Source of the DNA: Octopus vulgaris
Lineage: Eukaryota
NCBI GenBank assembly: GCA_951406725.2
Contig: OX597816.1
Span: forward strand, 49,600,001 to 49,664,000
Direction of reading: 5' to 3'
Length of the DNA stretch: 64,000 nucleotides
Positions 1 to 11,474 of this stretch are shown piece after piece. Each line of letters starts with the position of its first letter. The stretch's first letter is position 1. The notes beneath the pieces were generated by a model. That model was not told the origin of the DNA. It did no database searches and saw only the letters and a list, made by a program, of their open reading frames with translations. Position numbers and translations under genes: made by a program.

Positions 1-440
1 ATTATTTCGACCGACATATTCGTTCGAAATAAATTTATACACAATTTAATCCCAGAGAACGGGAAACCTATAATATTTTTTTTTCTTTTCCTCACAACAA
101 GGACAACAGTACAAATCTCACCCCCGCCGGTGGCGGGGTGCCACAATAAAGCCTACAACGGCCAAAATTAAATTTTTCACACAATAATAAATTGATTATC
201 CTCCCACCAAACGGGAAACCTATAATATTTTTTCCTCTTAATAAGGATAACAGTTCAAATCCCACCCACGCTGGGGGAGGGGACACGACAATAAAGCCTA
301 CAACGGCTTTAACAAGTTCAATATTTCAACAATTCACAACTGCAAAAATGGCTTTACACAAACAATTACTTTCTCCCGTCACCGGGGAAAAGGACAAAAA
401 TTTTCAAAGTTTAACAGTTCAACAATGTTCAACAATTCGA

Positions 441-880
441 GGATCTTTTCGGTTTGAACGGCATTTTTTCTAGCGGTGTCATATGAAATTGTCACCCATA
501 ATTATGACCCTAGTATCGATCGATTGCATTTCAATCTGTTTTAGGGTTGGGGTTAGTTAAGGTTAGGGTTAGTTAAGGTTAGGGTTAGGGGTGGGAGGAA
601 GGAAGGGTATCTTTTTTCTTCAGAAATGTAAATAAACCCAATCTGTTTCTTAAATGAGGGACATATTCATACGGCACAGAATGTTTTCACCTCATATACA
701 AGTCGTTGATTGGTTGAAATTGCCAAAATTGAAGAAAATATGTTACAAACTATAGAATTTTCTCAATAAAGCCAAGAGAAAAAGATGTTTTATAAACACA
801 TTCTACCAATATACGAAGTTTAAAATTTTTTAGTTACCTAGAAATTATGTTAAAAACTGCCGTTCAAACCGAAAAGATCC
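441..880. mobile_element. 440-bp MITE with 23-bp perfect TIRs and an 8-bp TSD
   Basis: GGATCTTTTCGGTTTGAACGGCA at 441-463 and its reverse complement at 858-880. Flanks caattcga (433-440) and caatacga (881-888). Internal TTAGGG-like repeats at 541-590. Confidence 0.88.
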
Positions 881-1037
881 CAATACGAAAATTTTCAACA
901 ATAAACAGTCAACAATTTCAACAGAAAAAATAATCCAAGGTTCAACAAAACGTTCGACTTACCGCCAAAAAAACACGTCTGACTACGAGACAGGTAAGGG
1001 AGCTACTTTATTTTATTAAATTTGCCATAAAGGTAGT

Positions 1038-1416
1038 TGGTACTCCGTCGGTTACGACGACGGGGGTTCCTGTTGAACCGATCAACGGAACAGCCTGCTC
1101 GTGAAATTAATGTGCAAGTGGCTGAGCACTCCACAGACACGTGTACCCTTAAAGTAGTTCTCGGGGAGATTCAGCGTGACACAGAATGTGACAAGGCTGG
1201 CCCCTTTGAAATAAAGGTACAACAGAAACAGGAAGAAAGAGTGAGAGAAAGTTGTGGTGAAAGAGTACAGCAGGGTTCGCCACCACCCCCTGCCGGAGCG
1301 TCGTGGAGCTTTAGGTGTTTTCGCTCAATAAACACTCACAACGCCCGGTCTGGGAATCGAAACCGCGATCCTATGACTGCGAGTCTGCTGCCCTAACCAC
1401 TGGGCCATTGCGCATC
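1038..1416 (-). mobile_element. Full-length tRNA-derived SINE with a 13-bp TSD
   Basis: Minus-strand head GGATGCGCAATGGCCCAGTGGTTAGG (A box) and GGTTTCGATTCCC (B box). TSD ccataaaggtagt (1025-1037) and ccataaaggcagt (1417-1429). Confidence 0.88.
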
Positions 1417-1662
1417 CCATAAAGGCAGTACATAGAGTAAAATAGCTTGTGGGCTGGACACGGACATTAATAAGATGAATGATAATGATACAAGGATGAT
1501 AAGGATGGGAAAAGACAAAAAGCGCCTGCCGACTTTTGCTTCTCTAAAACACTGTTCTTTTTAAAAAGCACTGAATGAGGTATTAACACTTACAATTTTA
1601 CAATTATTCCAATTTATGGACTAAAAAGTCCATTACAAATAAAAACAATTTAACACACATAA

Positions 1663-2033
1663 TCTCTCTATATATAAAGCTGAAGTTGTTTGTGTGTGGC
1701 AAGTTTGGTAGCCTTCAACTAACATTATCTCCTCCAAAACTCCCCGGCGCAAGTTGACCAAAATTGAGAGTATGATAGAAGAAGGATTGTTCTTCAAATC
1801 GGTCCATGTTAACGCTAAAAATTATTTACATCCAAAAGGTGCTTTTTTTCTATGAAAATCCCTATTTTTTACGATCTTTTGACTGCTGTTTCGCCATTTT
1901 TCGGTGTATTTCAACCAGAAGAATGTTCACTTAAAGAGAATAACAAACTACATAATGCAACATTTTTACTTTTCAAAAATTCCAATTCTAAAGGGTTGAA
2001 ATAAACCTGAGCAACGCCGAGCGATACTGCTAG
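1663..2033 (+). mobile_element. Non-autonomous Helitron
   Basis: Starts TCTCTCTATATATAAAG after an A, ends CTAG before a T (A|T target, no TSD). A decayed subterminal hairpin cctgagcaacgccgagcg lies about 10 nt before the CTAG. Confidence 0.8.
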
Positions 2034-2930
2034 TGAGGCGATAAACCTGTTACACAAATGAATCTTCAATCCCAATCAACTTTCTTGCCGCCTGTAGGCA
2101 TTCCTGTAGCTGCAAGCTGGGGGTCCATAAACAAAATCTATACTCCTCCTTTGAGAAGGAGTCCATTATATAGTAGAAGTTCCTTTTTTCTAGTACCAGA
2201 GCAGCCACCTGTGGAGGCCACTCTGGACTACCAATACAAGTCGGGCCTATCAGTTCCCGACTATTAAAGGAACTTTCTATAAAATTATCTATAGCTCCTC
2301 CCCTGAGATAGATCACATATTCTTCAACATTTTCACTGGGAGGGGTTTTCTCCACCCCCCTCCGGTGGAACACGTCCCACCGAAGGGGTTTCGGGACATG
2401 CCGCCAGTGCACCAACAACCGCTAGCAATGCCCCGTTCTTCTTCTTCCTCCTTTTGTTTTCCTTTACAATGGGAATGTGGAGTTCCTCCGTCATGTTCGG
2501 AAGTCCTTCTTCCCCTCCCGCTGCCTCAGGATCCATTTGTTGGCAACCATTGTTGCCCACCTTCTTTCTTTTCTTCCCTTTTGTTTTTGAGGAAGTTACC
2601 TCCCTCTCGACTTTTTCCTTCCCTCCCTCCTCTCCCTCCAATGGGAGAGCAGGGGACTCCTTTTCGATTAGCTGCTCCAGGAACTTACCTTTGTCGCTGG
2701 GGCAGTTTTTCTTAATATGGCCCGATTCTAGGCACAGATGACACTTGAGGGGAAAAGGGAGCGTCCCTCAAGAATCACCGGATATATAGAACCGGCCATC
2801 TTTAGGAAATCTGGAAAAACCAGATCTTTGGCTGATTGGGTCCATAGGGCCAAAATTGCTTTCGACCCCACCCAATCAGCCGCAGTTCCGGACCCCAGTA
2901 ATAATTCCATTTGCATGCAGCCAATCAGAG
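2034..2930 (-). mobile_element. Non-LTR retrotransposon ORF1 (gag-like) remnant with a CCHC zinc knuckle
   Basis: Minus strand 2743-2702 encodes CHLCLESGHIKKNC (CX2CX4HX4C), preceded across a frameshift by IYPVILEGR and followed by a Lys/Glu-rich low-complexity stretch (ORFs 2333-2641 and 2050-2418). Confidence 0.7.
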
Positions 2931-2934
2931 CTCA

Positions 2935-3200
2935 CCTTGACAATGTCAAGTTAACAGACACACTCTATCAAGTAAATTCAAGACGGAAGAACGGGGTTGT
3001 AAGTCGACCGGTCACCAAGTTATGCCTGATTTTAGAAAGAGACAAGTAATTAGATAGATTTGCCTCTATACCTATTATCGGAATTTGTTAAGGCCCCATA
3101 TGGTAAAGATGTCGATGGGAAAAATGTGAGTAGACGGTGATGTGCTAGCAATCCACTTCCCTTACTGTTGTACAAAGTAAACAACAATACAAATAACTAC
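2935..3200 (+). mobile_element. BEL/Pao LTR retrotransposon 3' fragment
   Basis: The ORF ends GVVSRPVTKLCLILE, matching the RP.TKL C-terminal motif of BEL/Pao polyproteins. A purine run gatgggaaaaa followed by TGT near 3125 fits a PPT and LTR start. Confidence 0.55.
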
Positions 3201-3365
3201 GCAGAGTAAGCCATAGTCGAGACAAGAACAAGAAAAACAAACATTATTAAAAGATAAACACACACACGCACACACACACACATACACACATATATATATA
3301 CATGTATGTATGCATATGTATATGTGTGTGTGCATGTAAGTTTATACAGGGGTTGTACCCAATAA

Positions 3366-3775
3366 GTCCCGACCATTGTTTCGTAGTCACTCCGTGTCAC
3401 CACCATAGTTGATTAAATTAGTTTGATAGTTGATCTCTGATTGGCTGTATGCAAATAAGTTGATAAATGGGGTCCGGAACTCTCGTGGGAAAAATTTTGC
3501 GACCCGGTCAGTCAAAGTCCCGACCATTGTTTCGTAGTCACGCCGTGTCACCACCATAGTTGATTAAATTAGTTTGATAGTTGATCTCTGATTGGCTGTA
3601 TGCAAATAAGTTGATATATGGGGTCCGGAACTCTCGTGGGAAAAATTTCGCGGCCCGGTCTGTCAAAGTCCTGACCATTGTTTCGTAGTCACGCCGTGTC
3701 ACCACCATAGTTGATTAAATTAGTTTGATAGTTGATCTCTGATTGGCTGTATGCAAATAAGTTCATAAATGGGGT
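3366..3775. repeat. 151-bp tandem repeat, about 2.7 nearly identical copies
   Basis: Units start at 3366, 3517 and 3668 (gtcccgaccattgtttcgtagtcac...). Each contains ctgattggctgtatgcaaat. Confidence 0.95.
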
Positions 3776-3817
3776 GAGGAACTAAATAGTATCTATATGA
3801 TATGTATATATATATAT

Positions 3818-4545
3818 CAAGGGATCTAACGTATTGTATTTAATTATATTTAAGAATTTATTTCGTCAGACAATATATTATTTAATTATTAGGTGGCATA
3901 TTTATTATGTAATATTAATTTTAAGTTAATTAGGTACTATATTATTTGATATTTAGTCAACTTTGTTATAGATTGATATATTAAATCTATAGATGCTATA
4001 TATATATTTATTATATATTTTGCTTAATTGCGGTGTTTGTCTATATTTGAGCCATTTCTTATTTTGATTACAATTTAATGACTTGTAATAGCATTGTGCA
4101 TTTTAATTAAATTTAAAGTTTTTAATAATTTAAGTATTGTTTTCGGTTCACTTATGTATATTTAGTATTGTCATATATATATCTTAACGTATTAATTAAT
4201 TATTTTATTATTCTATATTATTTTTAACCTGATGAGTGACTATATATATCTAAGTGATTTTACTACTACTATAATCATTTCTTAAATATAGCCATGAAAC
4301 ACGTGTCGTTATTGTACCAATTATATACGTTTTTATAATTTTTTTGCAATTTACTTAATCATTGAAATTGTATTATTTTAATATTTCTATTTCTAATATA
4401 TGTAATTTTCTGGATGGTGCAATTTAATTGTTCATTTTGAACTGATAAAAGGTGTTTTGTTTCTAATTTTTTATATATATATATTGTGTGAAATTTAATT
4501 TAGTATTTCTAAATTGAATTTTTTCCTTGTAAGTTTGGTTTTATA
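3818..4545 (+). mobile_element. AT-rich Penelope-like element terminal-repeat (pLTR) remnant carrying the hammerhead
   Basis: T-rich non-coding block bounded by TA/CA microsatellites and containing a minimal palindromic-stem-III hammerhead, which is typical of PLE pLTRs. Boundaries are approximate. Confidence 0.5.
4225..4311 (+). ncRNA. Type I hammerhead ribozyme of the Penelope-like-element kind
   Basis: TAAC, CTGATGA (4229-4235), long stem II (gtgactatat/atatagccat with inner taag/ctta and tgatt/aatca), GAAA (4296-4299), palindromic stem III ACACGTGT, GTC cleavage triplet (4305-4307), then GTTA pairing with the 5' TAAC. Confidence 0.8.
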
Positions 4546-4845
4546 GACACGCACACACACGTACACACATTCACATACAGATTTATTATTCTTTGTATGT
4601 TCTAGTTGGTTAGTTTTTTGATGCTATTTAGGATATATACTGTTTGTAGTTGGAATATGGAGTTAATATCTTGGCAGGTCATCGCGTTGTTATTATTGAA
4701 AATTGTTAATCTTGTACTTTGATTTTCACAAGAGTGTGCAGGTAGGTGAAAAGATTGTTGGCCTGTATGTTTCTATGTATTCGATAGTTTAACTGGCCGA
4801 AACACACTTACACACACACACACACGCACAAACACATACACACAC

Positions 4846-4885
<40 letters not shown>

Positions 4886-4922
4886 ATGCATATGTATATG
4901 TGTGTGTGCATGTAAGTATATA

Positions 4923-6125
4923 CAGGGGTTGTACACAATAATGGAAGCACCCAGCATCATAGCCTCATAATTTTATAATATCGATATAGCCGTCAAATGC
5001 ATGCATATTTTTTTTTTAATTTTAATGTTGCTTAATATGTCTTGCTAAGATTGCTGTTCAGATATCATCAGAAACAGGTCAAATTGTTGATGCTCGTATG
5101 GCAGGTGCTAGCGTAACGAAAACAGCCGAAATATTTGGTGTCTCAAGAACTACTGCTTCGAAAGTAATGATAGCCTTTGAGAAAGAGAGATAAACTTTCT
5201 CGTTGACATAAAACAACGGAAGAAAGCCATAACTTTCAGATAGGGACCGTCAGAGTCTTACGTGAATTGTTAGAAAGGATCATAAAAAGCACAGCTCTAA
5301 AAATTACTGCAGAGCTTAATGACCACCTCAATAACCCAGTTTCCACATAAACTGTTCGCCGAGAGCTGCACAAAGCTAGATTTCACGGGAGGGCTGCAAT
5401 CAGAAAACCACTACTTTCAAAAACAAACGCTGCAAAGCGTTAGGAGTGGAGTAAAAACCTACAGAATTGGTCCCTAGAGAAGTGGAAATATATCATTTTC
5501 TCGGACGAGTCATTCTTTACCTTATTTCCGACCACCGGTCGAGTGTACATGTGGAGACAGCCAAAAGAAGCATTTGATCCAAACTGCCTTCTTCGAACTG
5601 TTAAACATGGAGGAGGATCTGGGTGGGTCTGTATCTTGTAAATCCGCCGGCGCGATGGTTTCTCTTCATGGCCGAATTAATAGTCAAGGCTATTTAAGCA
5701 TTTTATCTGATCAAATTCATCTTATGGTTACGGAACTGTTTCCGGAGGGAAACGCAATCTTTCGCGATGATAATGCACCAATTCACACAGCTAAATTTGT
5801 TACAGATTGGCACGAGGAACATTCTAGTGACGTTCAGCACCTTATCTGGCCACCACAGTCCCCAGATCACCATGTTATTGAACATTTAGTTGCATTTTAG
5901 AAAGACAATTAAGGAGTCGATATCCTCCACCGTCATCACTACAAGAACAGGAAACTGTTTTAGCTGAAGAATTCACAAAAATTCCTTTAAAAACAATTCA
6001 AACTTTGTACGAGTCCATACCTTGTAGAATTCAAGGTGTAATTACAGCCATAAGCAGTCCTACCCCATATTAAAATAAATTTCTTTGAAATTTTAGGCTA
6101 TTTCCATTATTTTGTCCAAGACTTG
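4923..6125 (+). mobile_element. Full-length, inactivated Tc1-like DNA transposon (DD36E spacing)
   Basis: TA on both sides. Imperfect TIRs caggggttgtacacaataatggaa and ttccattattttgtccaagacttg. Transposase motifs GQIVDARMAGASVTKTAEIFGVSR, IIFSDESFF, FRDDNAPIH, WPPQSPDHHVIEH, with stops and frameshifts. Confidence 0.93.
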
Positions 6126-7344
6126 TATATATATTGCTAGTCTCAGCACAAGAGCTGAGGCTATGCCGTGTAAGTATATGTATGTCTGTGTGAGTGTGTG
6201 AATCTGAGTGTGTGTGCGTGCGCGTGCGTGCGTTAGTGTATAATAGGTTTATAAAAATAAATAATATTGATAAGAGACTCCCAAACAAGCAATTTATGCA
6301 AATAAATAAATTTATGCATGAAATATACTTATAATTTCTCTCGCGTCTCTTAAATACCGTAGAGATACCAAATTCAGCTAAATAATGCAACGAACCGTAA
6401 ACATTATTATATATGCTATGGAATAGTTTTCCTACAAAGCATAGACGAAATAAAGCAAATACAATTTACTACATTTTATTAATAATTTGAAAAGCCCAGC
6501 AATTGAATAATTAAGAATATTAATAGCGGTACGTTCATTATTTACTGAATTTATGCGTTTCTGCAGCCCAATGTTTTTAAATTGAAACCAAATTGTTACA
6601 ATTCAAGCACAATTGAATATAAGGTTGAACATTTAACAATGCGCCTGAAAAATATATTATCTATTACAAAGGATTAATCAGTTATTGGTTGATTTAACGG
6701 ATAAATAAGTATAACTATGATTTTTTCAATGGATAAATCAGTTTCTGAGAATCTAATTCAATGAAATTCAGTTTAACTATTAGAAGATAATACCAACTTA
6801 TCTTTTATTCAATTCTCGAACTAAGTAGTGATCACTTACAAGTAAAGTTCTTCTTATGCTATTTCTTAAAGTTAATTTATCATGCAAAATGCTTTAAATA
6901 TTCACGGTGAATAAACATCCGATAGTAATAGTGCCTACCCTGTTACTTCGGAGAAAACTGTAGCAGGTTATAAAAATGGTCTACCATAGAATTACAACAA
7001 GGTAATGCCGTTAGAAGGACACGGTGTAAAGTTAAAAGAGACGGCTAAAATATATAAGAAAATATTTTTAAAATGTTATGTGTAATAGTTTCAATATTTT
7101 TAGTTACGTACAGTATCTTCTTTTTATCAGCATGCATAAATCTATTAAGGTAAAAGTTTAACCTATGTGTGGACAAACTATAAAGTACGTTTATTTCTGT
7201 ATGTTTAATAATCATACGTTATAGTTTCATAGTTAAGCACAGAAGAACCTCGCTGTTTAACGAACTGTAAGATTGCGTGTCAGTTTTCGATAACTATTGC
7301 GAAGAGAGAAAGAAGGAGGTAGAAATAGACTGACAGACAGAAAT

Positions 7345-7393
<49 letters not shown>

Positions 7394-8702
7394 CAGAGAA
7401 GGAGAGAGAGAAACAAAGGAAGAAAGAAAGTATGCAATAAATAAAGAAAGAAAGGCAGAGAAAAAGCGAAAGTGTGGAGGCGGAAACTGAATGCGAGAGG
7501 TAGCGGCTTATTAATATTTATGAAAAACTCTAGCGCACCGATTTTCCTTTAAGTATAAACGCATTTTTCTCTTTGCTCTTGTTTACACTCATTGACTTCT
7601 AACATGCATTATAGTGGCTTTCAAAAACAATTTGAACACAATTTCGCAGTTTCCAAAACACATACTATTCTCGCACACAAATATAGACTTTAGTACACGC
7701 ACATAAATATAGACTTAAGTACACGCACATTCACACAGAAGCATGCACACACAAGTATAAATGGATATGCATGTGTATGTTTTTATGAGCATGATTACAT
7801 ATTTGTATAAATGTCTTTATAGCTATATATTTATTATTTTATGATATAAGACTGCAGGTCATTAGAATTTCAGTCCATAATTTTGTTTTGATTTCTGAGT
7901 CTGCAGGTATATTCTGTTGTTTAATAATTCTTATTTATTACTTTTGTTCATCATTGATCACATTTTATTCTCGAGGTGTCAGTTCGGTCCTGAGAATATA
8001 TCAATATGTTTGGTGCCAAACATATTGATCTGTTTTCTCATCGTATATTGTTGCAACGATAAAACGATTTAAATTCAAAACAGCACAAATATTCTCAGTA
8101 TGAGTGACTGCTCCGGAGTGGTTCTATAAGCATGAAGCGGGGCAGTCGAATGAAGTTATCTCTTCTCCTGTGGCTATGACTAGAGCCTAGCTGATGTGGC
8201 ATGAAGTACCTCTCAAATTTCTTGCTTTGGCGATCGCTTTTAATAATACCAATATTTTTGCAACATTCAGCATATAATGTGGAGATATTGAAAACAGTTT
8301 CAACACTTGTTATTGCTTATATTTTATTAATCAGAACAAAAAGTTAAGCAATGGCATACTCATGGCCTTGGTATGGTCCCGAGAATTATAGCATTACTTA
8401 CTAGATAAACATTAGATAAAGTTCAATTAATACCTATACATTCTTTAATGCAAACAAATATACAAATCGATAGTAATATATTTTAACAAATTTTGCTTAA
8501 ACAATTTAGATGACCAATTTTAAATCAATACTAGTCATATTAGAATGAAGCACAATATGGATTTGAAACTAGAAATGAGAAATCCAATTTTAAACAAGAA
8601 AATATCTATTAGATTTTATGTTTATTGACTGAAGATGAAAGAAGAGCTAAGACAATTTGTAAATCAATTCGCTTAGTAATAAAGGTAAAAATAAAGAGCA
8701 TG

Positions 8703-9417
8703 CTTGGCTGACCGGTTCGCGAAACATCTCCGAGACATCAGACTCAGCATCGACACTCCGGTCTCATTCCGTTTCCGCTCTACCGGTCATTCTTTACAAC
8801 ACCTATCTGTGTTCGGATTGTCCTCGCACAGGGGCCATCCGGACTCACATCTTCGCCGTGAACAAGAATTAATTTTCTCTCTTCGCTACTTTGCTCCACA
8901 TGGGCTCAGCTCTCCTCCCCTCTTCATCTAACCCCTCCTCTCTCCTTTCTTCCTCTCACACATAGTTCCTCTCACCCACGTCACCTCCCCTCTCTTGCTC
9001 TGACACCCAGTTTTTCTGTTCATTCCTACTCACCACCCTTCCACCCTTTCCCTTCATCGTCACCCCTCCATCTTTACCCCACCCCTATACATTCCCACGG
9101 CACCATCCTTATACATCCCATCCCACACATTCCATTCCTACATACTCCACCATCTCACACCCCACACCACCCACACACCCATCACACCCCACCCCACACC
9201 CAGCTTTGCTTCCCCCCACCCCAACTCCACCACACCCCACACCACTATACCACACCACTATACCACACCATCTCCACACACACATACCACCACCACACCA
9301 CATCACATCACACACCACCACACCACACACCATCATACTACACCACATCACACTAACCCGCAACACTAGCACTGAGCACTTCCTAGCACCCACACCATCA
9401 TCTACACACCCACACAT

Positions 9418-9450
<33 letters not shown>

Positions 9451-9593
9451 AAGTCACCCCCCCATCCACACGCACATACACGCTCTCACATACACACGCA
9501 CCTTCGTTTTGGGATCACCACTAGTTTATTCTCTCCCCTTCTTCCTACCTCTGTTGTCTGACCCCTCTGAAAATCGGCTATAATAACGTAGCC
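8703..9593 (+). mobile_element. Penelope-like element 3' fragment (GIY-YIG endonuclease C-terminus plus a C/A-rich tail)
   Basis: LADRFAKHLRDIR...PVSFRFRSTGHS...RREQELIFSL...PHGL matches the PLE GIY-YIG C-terminal pattern RF.EH/PV..HF...H/E...I..L...P.GLN. Confidence 0.8.
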
Positions 9594-10036
9594 TTCCATT
9601 CTCATTGCTTTGAATGTAAGATGCTGTGGAGAAAAAATCGAAAGAACTGTATTTTTAGTCAATAGCGAGACAGACATTTTCTACGTTTAGCGAGCGGTGT
9701 CAACTTTATGGTTGTACTCAGTGAAATTTAGAGCTTAGCGTCTGATCTTTTCATTGTGTTTGTCTAAATAAACAAAAAATGCCTAATAAAACCAACATGT
9801 ATCATCTTATTGTTTCTTTTGTCTCTTCATTGATTGTATGGTTTTAATTTTTATATTAATATATTAGTCTGCATGTATTTCCTTTATTTCAGTATTATGT
9901 ACACTGTCATGTATTTGTGTACATCCTTAATGTATAAGTACATCTGGATGTATATATTCATATATAAGTTTATGTGTACATTTATGAATTCATGTGTGTG
10001 TCTCCAAAACTCCAAAGTTGAGTAAATTTTTCATGC

Positions 10037-11181
10037 TTGGATTTGTAAACTACAGTAAGAATAACACTGGTCAACGAAGAATTTGTCCCAAGGAAAAGAA
10101 TACCTGATGCTAATACGTTTTTGCACGCAGAATGCAAAAATATTGTTATATTATCTGTATCACAATCAGTTTCTGTATTACACGATATCCTTCTCAGTTC
10201 CTGTTACGTGGGCTAAATTTCAGTTAAGCTGTTGAACTGTGATGCTATGATTTAAGAAATACGCCTAATTAAAATTTTTATGAACAGAATTAACATAGTG
10301 AGATCATAAATCCAGCTATCTGAGTCAATGAGTCCCCAAAATATATGAAATAAAAAAATATGTAAAAATACTAACACATTGAAAAAAGTACCGAAAACTA
10401 CTAATAGGCAGAAAAAGGCACAGACAAATTTGTAATATACTAACACACAGAAAAATTAAAACAAAACACGCGAGTGTAAAGAATCTTGTAGTGTAAAGAA
10501 TTGTGAAATATCAACATAGACAACAGCGGCACAGACAACAGTGAACCACAACACAGCGTGTGGTTGTCATGGTAAGAAGCTGCTAATGCCACGCTGTCTG
10601 TTGATTGGCTAAAATTACCCAAATTTTCCAACTTTAATGACAAATAACATCAGATCCTTTATTTTACGCGATAAAGTTACTAGTTGATCGTAAACAAAAT
10701 TCAGAGTTGCATCGATACACCAAAAACTGAAAGCAATCAGAGCAGAATTAAGTTTGGGGGTGGGGTTGTTTTGCGGATAAGAAAAACTAGATCCAAGATG
10801 AGTATATTATAATTATTTGGAGACGTTAAGTTAACGAAAAAAAAAAACCCAACAAAAACAAAACAAATAAATTCTTCGCAAGTTTCGAGCAACAATGGCA
10901 GTCTCTCATGTGTATTTACACACACTTGTGCACTTGCATGTATATTTACACAATACTTGATGGCAGTTTCACGTTAACATCTCATGGAATGCGTATTAGA
11001 CGAAAGACAAGATTTATGACCAGTTCGCCCATCTTTACAATTGTCCTTCAGTGCATGAAATTCTTTACTTGTCAGTGCTTATAAAAGATGACGATTACCC
11101 AGGTATGTTGATATAAAACGCGAAATGAAGAAAAAGAAGAAGAAAGAAGAAGAAGAAGAAGAAGAAGAAGAAGAAGAAGAA

Positions 11182-11213
<32 letters not shown>

Positions 11214-11474
11214 AGAGGAAAAAGAAGAAGAAAAGAAGGTGAAAGCAAAAGAAAGGCCAGTAGAACCTGTGTAGGATTGGCTTGTCGACTATGAAGACTA
11301 CTTGGATTTGTAAACTATACAGTAAGAATAACACTGGTCAACGAAGAATTTGTCACAAAGAAAAGAATACCTTATGCTAATACGTTTTTGCATGCAGAAT
11401 GCAAACATATTGTTATATTATTTGTATCACCGTCAGTTTCTCTGTTACACGATATCCATCTCAGTTCCTGTTAC
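10037..11474. repeat. Dispersed direct duplication of about 170 bp (10037-10207 and 11301-11474)
   Basis: cttggatttgtaaacta...cagtaagaataacactggtcaacgaagaatttgtc...ctcagttcctgttac occurs twice with scattered substitutions. Confidence 0.9.

Noticed and set aside
541-590. TTAGGG repeats as a chromosome end or fusion site
   Set aside because: They are short, degenerate and enclosed within a TIR element.
3366-3775. Regular repeats as a possible CRISPR array (also 11790-12513)
   Set aside because: The units are contiguous with no unique spacers, the context is eukaryotic and there are no cas genes.
9562-9593. Hammerhead-like start ctgaaaa plus hairpin ggcta/tagcc at the end of the Penelope fragment
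   Set aside because: The core is mutated (CTGAAAA) and no GAAA/stem III follows. At most a truncated relic.
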